DNA of 64,000 bases from an uncultured Arcobacter sp. (GCA_965140705.1 OZ223300.1:640001-704000), one strand, 5' to 3'; shown: positions 1-9,135, numbered from the stretch's first letter. Translations and numbers: made by a program. The notes: generated by a model from the sequence alone, not told the origin.

Positions 1-384
1 TCTTGTTGCAGGTATTCTCATTATACATATTACATTTGTACCATCCAAAATTGAAATTGAGCAAGATAAAGTACAGCTATCAACTACTTTTTTCATATTT
101 TTATAGGCTAAATCAGTCCATGGAAGTGAAGCAAAATAACTATATCCCAAATCAATTACTTTTGGAGTTAATGAAAAGAAATTATCATCCTCATGAGTTA
201 CATAACCTTCCGATTCTAAAGTTAACAAAAGTCTTCGTGCACTAGCTCTTGTTATATCAACTTTTTTTGCAACATCTGTCAAAGTCATGCGAGTATTCTC
301 TTTATTAAATGCTTTTATTACATTTAAACCTTTTATAAAGGTAGTGACAATATCTTTTTCATCAAATTCATTTTTTATTTTCAT
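1..384 (-). CDS. IclR-family (PcaR/PobR/PcaU-like) transcriptional regulator, 5' part; runs off the left edge
   Basis: Not in the ORF track. Manual minus-strand translation from ATG at 384: MKIKNEFDEKDIVTTFIKGLNVIKAFNKENTRMTLTDVAKKVDITRASARRLLLTLESEGYV...FSLTPKVIDLGYSY..., a PcaR-type HTH; frame stays open to position 1. Confidence 0.88.
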   Translation of the reverse strand, partial: MKIKNEFDEKDIVTTFIKGLNVIKAFNKENTRMTLTDVAKKVDITRASARRLLLTLESEGYVTHEDDNFFSLTPKVIDLGYSYFASLPWTDLAYKNMKKVVDSCTLSCSISILDGTNVICIMRIPATR

Positions 385-396
385 TAAGGCTCTCTT

Positions 397-1281
397 TTAA
401 TTTTTTTCTCTAGCAATTAGTATTCCGCCAGAAATAATAGCAAATATTCCTATAAATCCCAACATATTTGGTAATGGATCCCCAAGTATTAATCCTATTA
501 TTAAAGAAAATAAGATTACAGAATAACCAGCAGCACCTACAATACCAGCTCTTGTGATTCCATATGCCTTTGTCATATATATTTGTCCAAATGATGCGGT
601 GATCCCAATACCTATGATGTACAGCCAATCAATTGGTTTTGGAAGAACAAAACTACCCATCATAAAATCAAATATATCACTTGTATAGTATGTTGATAGG
701 AACATCGAAATAAGAGGTATAATTGTTCCTATCCCCATAAAACTTAAAACAATAGTTCTTGTATCATAATATGTTCTAAGTTCTCTTATACTAGTAAAGG
801 CAAGTGCTGCACAAACAGCGTTTAAAAGACCAAATATATGAGATTTTTCAAAAATTAATCCATGGGGTTGCATTACAAAAAGCATTCCAGTAAATCCTAA
901 AGCAATTGCAAACCAACCTTTTATTCCAATTTTTTCTTTCAAAAACCACATTGCAAAAATTGCTGTAAATATTGGTGACATTCTAGAGTAAGTAACTGCA
1001 TCAGCCAACGAGATGTTAGCAATATTGTAAAAAAAGCTAAGCATTGCTAGAAGACCTATTGTAGCCCTAAAAAATAGTAATAAAGGTTTTCCCCCTGTTT
1101 GTTTTAGAGGAGATTTAAAAAAAGTTAATGCAATTAAAATAATTCCTATACTATTTCTAAAAAATACAATTTCAATTGTAGGTAAGTGGTTCGCTAAAAC
1201 TTTTGCCATTGCACTCATTAAAGATAAACAAATAGCAGAAATCAACATATATAAAATGCCAGTATTCAATTTTTTAATCAC
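397..1281 (-). CDS. DMT/EamA-family transporter
   Basis: 294 aa, about 10 hydrophobic helices; EamA-type motifs (EIVFFRN, SPIFTAIFAMWFLKEKIG). Confidence 0.85.
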   Translation of the reverse strand: MIKKLNTGILYMLISAICLSLMSAMAKVLANHLPTIEIVFFRNSIGIILIALTFFKSPLKQTGGKPLLLFFRATIGLLAMLSFFYNIANISLADAVTYSRMSPIFTAIFAMWFLKEKIGIKGWFAIALGFTGMLFVMQPHGLIFEKSHIFGLLNAVCAALAFTSIRELRTYYDTRTIVLSFMGIGTIIPLISMFLSTYYTSDIFDFMMGSFVLPKPIDWLYIIGIGITASFGQIYMTKAYGITRAGIVGAAGYSVILFSLIIGLILGDPLPNMLGFIGIFAIISGGILIAREKN

Positions 1282-1341
1282 TTTTAAACTTTATTTAATT
1301 TGTATAATTCTACTCAATTAATTATAATAGTTAACTTATTT

Positions 1342-1355
1342 CGTACAAAAGTTCG
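1342..1355. promoter_or_regulatory. Putative IclR operator-like motif CGTACAAAAGTTCG between the divergent DMT and thioesterase genes
   Basis: Same pattern as CGAACAAATGTGCG (10082), CGAACATTTGTACG (37295) and GAACATTTGTTC (4892). Confidence 0.45.
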
Positions 1356-1389
1356 TATATAATATATAATTTTAAAATAAGGAGTTGAT

Positions 1390-1824
1390 TTGAGTATTTG
1401 GAAAAAAACTTTTACATTAGAATCCCTAAATGAAATGTCAAAAAATACTGCAGCAGAGAGTTTAGGAATTATTATTACTAAAGTTGGAGATAATACTATT
1501 GAAGGAGAAATGCCAGTAGATAGAAGAACCCATCAAGCCCACGGAATATTGCATGGAGGTGCTTCTGTTTTATTTGCTGAAACTTTAGGAAGTATTGGTG
1601 GTGCACTTGCTGTCGATGATGAGCACTATATAGTTGGATTAGAAATTAATGCTAATCATATAGCTGGAGTATCAAGTGGTGAAGTAATAGGTGTGGCAAC
1701 GGCTGTGCATATAGGACGTACTACTCATGTGTGGGATATAAAAATAAGGCATAAACAAACAAATAAAGCTGTTTGCGTTTCAAGGTTGACTTTGGCAGTT
1801 ATTGATTTGAAAAATAAAAGATAA
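1390..1824 (+). CDS. Hotdog-fold aryl/acyl-CoA thioesterase (YdiI/MenI/PaaI family)
   Basis: HQAHGILHGGASVLFAETLGS, VGLEINANH and GRTTHVWDI motifs; TTG start with AAGGAG RBS. Confidence 0.85.
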   Translation: MSIWKKTFTLESLNEMSKNTAAESLGIIITKVGDNTIEGEMPVDRRTHQAHGILHGGASVLFAETLGSIGGALAVDDEHYIVGLEINANHIAGVSSGEVIGVATAVHIGRTTHVWDIKIRHKQTNKAVCVSRLTLAVIDLKNKR

Positions 1825-1852
1825 GAGTATTTTAAAATACCCTTATCTATTT

Positions 1853-2356
1853 TTAGCTTAGTTTTATTAACTGAGAGATTATGTTTTTAGCAGCATCTTC
1901 ATTTAAAGGTTTTTCATATGTAGTTAGTATCTCTCTAGCTATAATATTTGCACCTAAATGTTGAAACATCATTCTCATTGCTTGCAAACCTTTTGCCCCA
2001 CCACCGCCACTGTGTGTTGCTATTGCAACAATTTTTTCATTAAAAGCATCTCTCCAATCTTTTGTAGATCTTGATGTCCAAGCCATAGCATTATTTAGTA
2101 CAGGTGGCATAACACCATTGTATTCAGGAGCTATAATAATAAATGATTTTAAACTTAATATAGCTTTTGCTAATTTTACAGCTATTTCAGGAATACCATT
2201 TTCCTCTTCCTCTTTAGTACTATATAAAGGTAATCTTAAATCAACTAAATTGATTAATTGTGTTTCATAATTTTGCTCTAGCACTAATTCTTCTAATCTT
2301 AAAGCCAGTTTTTGATTATTTCCTGAACTGGCTACTATAATCCCAATTTTATTCAT
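1853..2356 (-). CDS. NAD(P)H-dependent FMN reductase (flavodoxin-like)
   Basis: APEYNGVMPPVLNNAMAW and ATHSGGGG motifs; in the same apparent operon as a two-component monooxygenase. Confidence 0.85.
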   Translation of the reverse strand: MNKIGIIVASSGNNQKLALRLEELVLEQNYETQLINLVDLRLPLYSTKEEEENGIPEIAVKLAKAILSLKSFIIIAPEYNGVMPPVLNNAMAWTSRSTKDWRDAFNEKIVAIATHSGGGGAKGLQAMRMMFQHLGANIIAREILTTYEKPLNEDAAKNIISQLIKLS

Positions 2357-2359
2357 AAT

Positions 2360-3394
2360 TTACTCCATAGAAATTGATTTTCTTGCGGCATCAACAATTT
2401 TTTGTCCATCAATACCTTTTGAATTCATCTCTTTTACCCATCTTTGTACAACTCTTTGACCTGCTTTGTTGAATTTTTTTGTTTCTTCTTCACTAATTGT
2501 TACAATTTCACCACCAGACTTTATTTGCAAATTTTTTCCTGGTTCTTCTAAATCAATCATCAATTGACCATATCTTTTTATTAAATCAAGTCCTGCACTT
2601 TTTTCAATAATATCTTGTAACTCTTTTGGCAAAGATTCAAATCTATCTTTGTTCATTAAAATTAAAGCTACAGAGTTACCAAATCCTCCCCCTTCATGTA
2701 ATTGAATAGAGTATTTTGTTAACTGTTCAAATTTAAATGCAGGGAATATCTCCATAGGTAAAATAGCTCCATCAATTGCATTTTTTGAAAAAGATTGAGG
2801 TACAGTAGGAAGTGGCATTCCAACTGGTTCTGCCCCTAATTCTTCAATATACCAAGCACCAGTTCTTGACGGAGATCTAACTTTTAGTCCCTTCATATCT
2901 GATAATTTTGTTACTTTTTTATCTACAGTATCCAAAAAATAGTTCCCTGCAACTGCAATTAATATTGGTTTTACATCTTTATAATCATCTTTAATTAAAT
3001 CAAAATTTTCTCTAATTGCTAAGGCAGTTTTTAAACTATTGTTTTTATGTATTGTTGGTAATTCAAAAACTTCACTTCTTGAAAATACTCCAGGTGAATA
3101 TCCTGCAATTGTAAATACTATATCAGCTGAACCATCTCTCACTTGTTTATATAACTCATTTGGCTTTCCACCCATACTCATAGATGGATAAATTTCTACT
3201 TTGATTTTGCCTTTTGATAATTTTTCAAGATTTCTAGCCCAAGGTACAAATACCTTCGAGTGAGGTGGTGATTTTGGACTTAAAAAATGATGAAATGTCA
3301 AGGTTATTGGTTTTTCATCTGCAAATAATAAATTTGCAAAAAATAATAAACTTGCTACAATCATCATGATACTTTTTGGTAATAGAGTTTTCAT
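2360..3394 (-). CDS. TRAP transporter substrate-binding protein (DctP family), paralog 1
   Basis: Signal peptide; YPSMSMGGKPNEL, GYSPGVF, GLKVRSPSR, LGAEPVGMPLP. Confidence 0.9.
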   Translation of the reverse strand: MKTLLPKSIMMIVASLLFFANLLFADEKPITLTFHHFLSPKSPPHSKVFVPWARNLEKLSKGKIKVEIYPSMSMGGKPNELYKQVRDGSADIVFTIAGYSPGVFSRSEVFELPTIHKNNSLKTALAIRENFDLIKDDYKDVKPILIAVAGNYFLDTVDKKVTKLSDMKGLKVRSPSRTGAWYIEELGAEPVGMPLPTVPQSFSKNAIDGAILPMEIFPAFKFEQLTKYSIQLHEGGGFGNSVALILMNKDRFESLPKELQDIIEKSAGLDLIKRYGQLMIDLEEPGKNLQIKSGGEIVTISEEETKKFNKAGQRVVQRWVKEMNSKGIDGQKIVDAARKSISME

Positions 3395-3413
3395 AAATAT
3401 TTCCTTTTAATTT

Positions 3414-4868
3414 TTATATCATGTTAGAATTTTTCATAAATTCATCTACTTGATTCCATTCAAAATTTTTCTGTGCATAGTTATGACAAAACATTTGATT
3501 TCGTGGTTGACTTGTAAGATAATATCTTTCATATAATTCAACTCTTCCCCCAAGAGCAGAACCTGCAAAATCCCAAGCAATTCTAAAAATTTGAGCTCTT
3601 AATGATGCAGGAGAACCATTTGCAGCTGGCATATATTTATTTAATAACTCTTTCATTTCAGGATTATCATAAGATTCCATAGTTGGAGTTGCCAATAAGT
3701 TATGACTTCCAATTATTTTTATAATCTCATTTACTCTAATCATCCACTGTGGCATATTTGCTATTAAAGCTCTCATTGGACTATCATCAAAAAAGTATGC
3801 ACCATTGCCCCAATCATGTGCACCTGCAAAACCAGCTTTAATTGCTGCTCTTGTAAGAGAAGAATAACTCCAAATCTCACCTAACATCATTATTACCTCT
3901 GGTCTTTTTTCACTTTTTGTAATCTCTGCCATTCTCATACATAAGTTATATGCAAACTCTAATTTAACAGCGGCTCTTGTAGCTGTTTGTTGTGTGATGT
4001 TACCATATCTTCCAAGCTGATCAATCACTGTTTTATTATAAAACTCTAAGTCACCATCCATAAAAACACGATTTAATGGAACTTCAACCCTATCTAATAT
4101 TACATAAGCATCTTGTTCATCAAATCTACTAGAAAAAGGTGCATTTTTTATATCTGTATCAACTTGATAATGATCTCTACAAACCATAATCACACCTTTA
4201 GTGTTAACTGGAATTGAAAACATCAAAGCATGATCAGCTGTACCTTCACTTACAATAGGAGCAGAAGGATAAACAAATAGCTCATCTGCAAAAGGTCCAA
4301 GTGTTGCTAAAATTTTTGCACCACTTACTACAATACAATCATCTCTTCTTTCGAGAACCCTAAAAGCAACTTCACCATTGATACCATTTAAATCTGGCAT
4401 ACTTTTATCTGGTTGAGGTTGAATAATTGTATGTGTTAAAGATAAATCTTTTTCAATACACTCCCTATGAAAATCTAAAAGATTTTGTGCCCATTCAGGA
4501 TGTCCTCCCTCAATAAAAGCATCAACTCTTGAAACATAACCAGTTAGTGCTACATTACAATAATCTGGCGTTCTACCCAACATACCATTAGAGTATTTAG
4601 CCAATTGCTCAAAGCATTTTCCCCTAGCAATCAAATCCTCTTTATTTTTTGGTAAGATTAAACTAGCACTCATCAACTCACCTGATACTTCATCTTTTAC
4701 TAAGCACTCATTGGCATATTTGTGTTGCCAATCAAAATACCCAGCCATGCCTTTTAAAGAACCAGCAAATGCAGGATGAGTTGATACATCAACTTTTTCT
4801 CCACCTAACCATGTTTCTCTGTTATCTTTTAATCCTTCTAAATACTCTTTTCCAGTTCTTGCTGCCAT
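3414..4868 (-). CDS. 4-hydroxyphenylacetate 3-hydroxylase (HpaB) family flavin monooxygenase, oxygenase component; substrate uncertain
   Basis: RTGKEYLEGLKD, HPAF, LGRTPDY, GAKILATLGP, SRFDEQDA and GRVELYERYY motifs of group D flavin monooxygenases. Confidence 0.85.
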   Translation of the reverse strand: MAARTGKEYLEGLKDNRETWLGGEKVDVSTHPAFAGSLKGMAGYFDWQHKYANECLVKDEVSGELMSASLILPKNKEDLIARGKCFEQLAKYSNGMLGRTPDYCNVALTGYVSRVDAFIEGGHPEWAQNLLDFHRECIEKDLSLTHTIIQPQPDKSMPDLNGINGEVAFRVLERRDDCIVVSGAKILATLGPFADELFVYPSAPIVSEGTADHALMFSIPVNTKGVIMVCRDHYQVDTDIKNAPFSSRFDEQDAYVILDRVEVPLNRVFMDGDLEFYNKTVIDQLGRYGNITQQTATRAAVKLEFAYNLCMRMAEITKSEKRPEVIMMLGEIWSYSSLTRAAIKAGFAGAHDWGNGAYFFDDSPMRALIANMPQWMIRVNEIIKIIGSHNLLATPTMESYDNPEMKELLNKYMPAANGSPASLRAQIFRIAWDFAGSALGGRVELYERYYLTSQPRNQMFCHNYAQKNFEWNQVDEFMKNSNMI

Positions 4869-4886
4869 ATCTTTCCTTTCTTTTGA

Positions 4887-4990
4887 TTTTAGAACATTTG
4901 TTCTAAAACTATAACTTCATTAATTTTAAGGTTCGCTTAACGCACATATGTTTGATTTTTGCTTAGAATAGCATTAAAATAGCATTTTTT
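4887..4990 (-). promoter_or_regulatory. Promoter/operator region of the monooxygenase operon; near-copy of the ligU promoter
   Basis: Inverted repeat TTTTAGAACA-TT-TGTTCTAAAA (4887-4908); minus-strand -10 TATAGT (4908-4913); palindrome GTTCGCTTAACGCAC (4931-4945); GCTTAGAATAGCATTAAAATAGCATTTTTT identical in the 37296-37395 copy. Confidence 0.7.
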
Positions 4991-5012
4991 GTGAGAAGTA
5001 TTGTCTTGATGG

Positions 5013-5030
5013 TATCTTACTAGTAAAGTA
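5013..5030. promoter_or_regulatory. Palindromic putative MarR-type operator TATCTTACTAGTAAAGTA
   Basis: Palindromic core TTACTAGTAA; close copy TATCTTACTAGTATAATA at 17818-17835 next to the MarR gene. Confidence 0.45.
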
Positions 5031-5196
5031 TTTCTTTAAGCTATTTTTTAGTGAAAAATAAATTTTGAAAGTTTTTATAAATTATTGAATTTTTATGAAG
5101 ATTTTTTAATTTTTTATAAAATTAAGATTTCAAAAATCTATTTTTTGTAAGGATGTTTCTAATTAAATTTTAGTCTAAAATAGATGAATACAAAAA

Positions 5197-5847
5197 CTAT
5201 TTATATTCATCTATTTGTTTTTGGATATATTTTATGGAACTTATAAGATTGGATTTTTCTAAACCTTTTTTAGTATGATATGGTTTTAAAATATATAAAA
5301 GATTTAAAATTCCATGAAGTTTTCTTAATTTTATATCCTCAACTTTTGTAAATATCCAATAAAGTTCCCATTGAGAACCTATTACCCAAGTATTTGAACA
5401 TAAAAAATCTAATTCTTTTTCATCGAGATTAATCATATAACCATATTTTATTTGATGGGAAAAAAGAGATTTTAACTCTTTTGCTTTTTCTATTACTCTT
5501 TTTTCAATTGTTTCTTTTACTTTAGGATAGGTTTTATATAGATTACTTATCTCCAAACGTAAAAAAGCACATTTTTTTTCAAACTCCATTTGACTTGAAA
5601 AAAGAGCATGATAGTCAAAAGGGGAATCAACTCCATCTTTTATAGAAGTTAGATAACTACTAATGGAATCCATATAATTTTCATAGATATCAATAATAAT
5701 ATCTTCTTTATTTTTAAAATAATAATACAAATTTCCAACACTAATACCTAAACTTTCAGCTATATGTCTAGTTGAAGTATTCATACAACCTTTTTCATTA
5801 AATAATATTGTTGCAGTTTCTAGTATTTTATCTTTTCTATTTGACAA
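5197..5847 (-). CDS. TetR/AcrR-family transcriptional regulator
   Basis: N-terminal HTH ILETATILFNEKG...TSTRHIAESLGISVGNLYYYFKNKEDI; TTG start. Confidence 0.9.
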   Translation of the reverse strand: MSNRKDKILETATILFNEKGCMNTSTRHIAESLGISVGNLYYYFKNKEDIIIDIYENYMDSISSYLTSIKDGVDSPFDYHALFSSQMEFEKKCAFLRLEISNLYKTYPKVKETIEKRVIEKAKELKSLFSHQIKYGYMINLDEKELDFLCSNTWVIGSQWELYWIFTKVEDIKLRKLHGILNLLYILKPYHTKKGLEKSNLISSIKYIQKQIDEYK

Positions 5848-5952
5848 GTTTTACCTTAAAATAAATTGATTGATTAAAAAGTAGAATCAATCTTTTGAGA
5901 TTTTAACTATATGAGTCTTAATTTAGGCTTGCAATATAATATTCTATAAATA

Positions 5953-7110
5953 CTATACGTGCTTATATGTTCTGATGATTAAATAAGATAATATAGATAA
6001 AATTAATAGACTCAATGCTATTGGTAAAAAATTTTCTGTATGGAAATTTAGTACAATAGAGGTAATAAATGCTGCAAATCCAAATTGTAATACTCCTGAT
6101 AAGGAAGAAGCTACTCCCGCATTTTTTGGAAAATGTTCTAGGGCTAAAGCCAATGAATTACCAAAAATAAAAGCCATCATGCTCATATATCCTGCCATAA
6201 GAAGAAGCATTTGTGTTAGAGTAATATTTTCATAATCTAATAGCATTAAAAAACTAAAAACGATCTGCATTAAAATAGCTATTTTCATTAAAAAAAGTGG
6301 TTCATAAGATTTAAGTAGAAATATATTAACTCTTGTCATTATCACTAAAACTATAAAATTAAAACTAAAATAAAAAGGGAAATAATCTGTTGATATTTTA
6401 AAATATTCAATAAATATAAAAGAAGATTTAGTTATCAAAATAAAAAATCCAGAAAAAGTTAAGGCAAGTGTAATCATAGCTTTCATTGCTGTCTTATGAC
6501 GAAGAACTTGTAAAAAAGAGTTTAATACATCTTGTTTTACATAAGTATAACTTTCATCTAAATATTTATATACAAAATAGATAATAATCAAAGGATAAAA
6601 AGTTAAAAAAACAAAAACTGCTTTCCACATAAAAAAATGAATAATAAATGCCCCAATAGCTGGTGCAATCAGAGGTGCAATACTTCTTGCAGTACCAATA
6701 ATAGAAAAAATCTTTGCTGCTTCTACTCCTTTGAACTTGTCTCGTACAACAGCAGAAGTATTAACTAAAACAATCCCACCAGAAAAAGCTTCAAAAAATC
6801 TATATATCCATACCTCATATATAGAAGTACTGAAAATTATTAAAAAACTAAAAAGTGAGAAACCCAAAAGTCCATATATAGAACTCTTTTTTCTACCATA
6901 AGAATCAGAGATTGGTCCACCTACAATCTGTCCAATTGATAAACCAATTAAAAATACAGATAAAGATAATTCAACTTCTTCTATTGTAACATTAAAAGCT
7001 ATTCCTATTTCAGGAATTGATGGAATATACGTATCAATTCCCATTGGACCAACTGAAGCTAGCATTGCCAATAAAATAGCTAAAAATATGTGATTTTTGA
7101 TTTTTTTGAT
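5953..7110 (-). CDS. Bcr/CflA-family MFS efflux transporter (5' end extended to a probable non-canonical ATC start at 7110; track start 7071)
   Basis: PMGIDTYIPSIP, GQIVGGPISDSYGRK, AGVASSLSGVLQF; frame is open upstream through IKKIKNHIFLAILL to an ATC preceded by AAGGTG. Confidence 0.8.
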   Translation of the reverse strand: MKKIKNHIFLAILLAMLASVGPMGIDTYIPSIPEIGIAFNVTIEEVELSLSVFLIGLSIGQIVGGPISDSYGRKKSSIYGLLGFSLFSFLIIFSTSIYEVWIYRFFEAFSGGIVLVNTSAVVRDKFKGVEAAKIFSIIGTARSIAPLIAPAIGAFIIHFFMWKAVFVFLTFYPLIIIYFVYKYLDESYTYVKQDVLNSFLQVLRHKTAMKAMITLALTFSGFFILITKSSFIFIEYFKISTDYFPFYFSFNFIVLVIMTRVNIFLLKSYEPLFLMKIAILMQIVFSFLMLLDYENITLTQMLLLMAGYMSMMAFIFGNSLALALEHFPKNAGVASSLSGVLQFGFAAFITSIVLNFHTENFLPIALSLLILSILSYLIIRTYKHV

Positions 7111-7138
7111 TTTTTCACCTTAAATATATTATAAATTA

Positions 7139-7327
7139 TTATTTTTTATCTTCTTTTCCTATGAACTCTTTTTCATTTACACTATTATAAAAAAAGCTAA
7201 GTATTGTTATAAGATCCATTGTGACCCTAAAAAATACAATCTTAATTGTAAGTAAGTGGCTCGCTAAAACTTTTGCCATTGCACTCATTAAAGATAAACA
7301 AATACCAGTATTCAATTTTTTAATCAT
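7139..7327 (-). pseudogene. Internally deleted relic of the DMT transporter gene at 397..1281
   Basis: MIKKLNTG-ICLSLMSAMAKVLASHL..IVFFR-VTMDLITILSFFYN aligns to 397..1281 with 24-nt and 90-nt in-frame deletions; the 5' part is near-identical at DNA level. Confidence 0.85.
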
Positions 7328-7335
7328 TTTAAACT

Positions 7336-8115
7336 TTATTTATCCCAATTAGAATCAATTCTTTTCATCAAACGATAGTAAGCAGGCCATTCAGGGAGTC
7401 TCACTTGTGCACCAGCTTGTGCTGCACCTTCTTCAAATTGTTTTCTTGTTCTTTCCATAGCATTGGTATTAACTTTAATTAATTCTTCACCTGTTGACAT
7501 TGCTTTTATTTGAACTTTACACCCTTGGATTATTTGAAACATTCTCATAAATGCCCATGCTACATCAGGACCTGTTGTAACTACGCCATGATTATTGAGC
7601 ATTAAGGTATGATTTTTATCACCCATAGAAGCGACTAGTCTTTCTTGTTCATCTTCATCTAAGACTATACCTTCAAAATTGTGATAACCAATTCTTTCAT
7701 AGAACATATATGCTTCTTGAATTAAGGGTATAAAACCACATTTCAAGGAACTAACGGCTTGAACATCTATATTATGAGTATGCATGACACAATTTATTTC
7801 TGGCTTCGCTTTATGAATTGCTGTATGTATAACAATTCCTGCACTATTAACAGGATAGGGTGAATCATCTAACTTATTTCCATCTAAATCAATTTTGACT
7901 AGATTTGAAGGTTTGATTTCACTATATAATAATCCAAAAGCATTAATCAAAATATGCTCAGTTCCTGGAATTCTATATGATATATGATTGTAAACTTGTG
8001 TTGTCCAACCATAATAATCAACCATTCTATAACATAAAGCTAAATCAACTCTAGCTTTCCATTCAACTTCACTATATCCATTAGGAATAACTGTTGATTC
8101 AAAAATATCTTCCAT
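7336..8115 (-). CDS. Class II aldolase/adducin-family metalloprotein (NovR/CloR-like subgroup possible)
   Basis: RVDLALCYR, YNHISYR, LINAFGLLYSEI, GIVIHTAIH, CVMHTH, LNNHG (metal-binding His residues). Confidence 0.85.
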   Translation of the reverse strand: MEDIFESTVIPNGYSEVEWKARVDLALCYRMVDYYGWTTQVYNHISYRIPGTEHILINAFGLLYSEIKPSNLVKIDLDGNKLDDSPYPVNSAGIVIHTAIHKAKPEINCVMHTHNIDVQAVSSLKCGFIPLIQEAYMFYERIGYHNFEGIVLDEDEQERLVASMGDKNHTLMLNNHGVVTTGPDVAWAFMRMFQIIQGCKVQIKAMSTGEELIKVNTNAMERTRKQFEEGAAQAGAQVRLPEWPAYYRLMKRIDSNWDK

Positions 8116-8127
8116 TATGTATCCTTT

Positions 8128-9051
8128 TTATTCTGGTCTTTCACCCATTACGGTTGTTCTATACATTTCTCTTCTAAATCCTTCATAGTCATTAAAAGCT
8201 TGGTGTAAACAGATTCTATTATCCCACATAATAAATGTTTTACTTTCCCATCTTAATCTACAAGTAAAAGATTCTTGTGTAGCAAATTTTGATAAGAAAT
8301 TTATAATTGGCATAGATTCTTCTTCTGTCATTCCTTCTATCCCACAAGCATATGTTTCATCAACATAAAGGGATTTTTCACCTGATACTGGATGTGTTCT
8401 TACTATTGGATGATAAGAACCATTAATTATCTTTTGATTCTCAACAGCCATATCCATATTTCCAAGTTTTTCAATTTTTCCATCAGTATCAACTTCTTTT
8501 TCTGCTTGCATAGAAGCTACTACATTTTTGGCACTCATCCATACTTTTAGTGGAGCAAGCATTTCTTTCATAGCTGGGCTTAGACTGTTATAAGCTAAAA
8601 CTGAGTTTGCAAAGATTGTATCTCCACCATAAGGAGGCATGTCTTTCCCATAGTTTAATGCAATTGCTGGAGGACATTCTAGAAATGCTGAATCAGTATG
8701 CCAACCACTACCAAAAACCATTTTAGTTTTAACATCAGCTTCTTTTATTACAGGTTGAATATTTTCATGTCCTGGTACTCCTTGAGTATAAGCATCAGTA
8801 CCAAATTCACCAAGTCTAAGGGTTAAATTTTCGTGATCCTCAAAAGAGATATCTTGATTTCTAAAATAAATTAGTTTATGTCTATAAATAGCATCTTCAA
8901 TTTCAGCAAAAGCTTCATCACTTACACAACTTAAATCCACCCCCTGAATTTCAGCACCCATAGCAGCTGCTAGAGGTACGGCTGTGATATATTTGTACTC
9001 TTTTGCACTATTGTCAAAAAATCCTGTAGGATGTATTATATTTTTAGCCAT
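8128..9051 (-). CDS. TauD/TfdA-family Fe(II)/2-oxoglutarate dioxygenase (RdpA-like)
   Basis: GAEIQGVDL, WHTDSAFLECPP (HxD), GGDTIFA, HPIVRTHP, WDNRICLH, terminal RTTV. Confidence 0.9.
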   Translation of the reverse strand: MAKNIIHPTGFFDNSAKEYKYITAVPLAAAMGAEIQGVDLSCVSDEAFAEIEDAIYRHKLIYFRNQDISFEDHENLTLRLGEFGTDAYTQGVPGHENIQPVIKEADVKTKMVFGSGWHTDSAFLECPPAIALNYGKDMPPYGGDTIFANSVLAYNSLSPAMKEMLAPLKVWMSAKNVVASMQAEKEVDTDGKIEKLGNMDMAVENQKIINGSYHPIVRTHPVSGEKSLYVDETYACGIEGMTEEESMPIINFLSKFATQESFTCRLRWESKTFIMWDNRICLHQAFNDYEGFRREMYRTTVMGERPE

Positions 9052-9135
9052 CTTTTATCCTTTGTTAGTTGATATAAATAAAGTATAGCAACTGCAAAAA
9101 GTAAAATGAAGACATAATTTGAACAATTTCTGATA

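Noticed and set aside
3..245. 80-aa plus-strand ORF
   Set aside because: Antisense shadow of the IclR gene on the minus strand (1..384)
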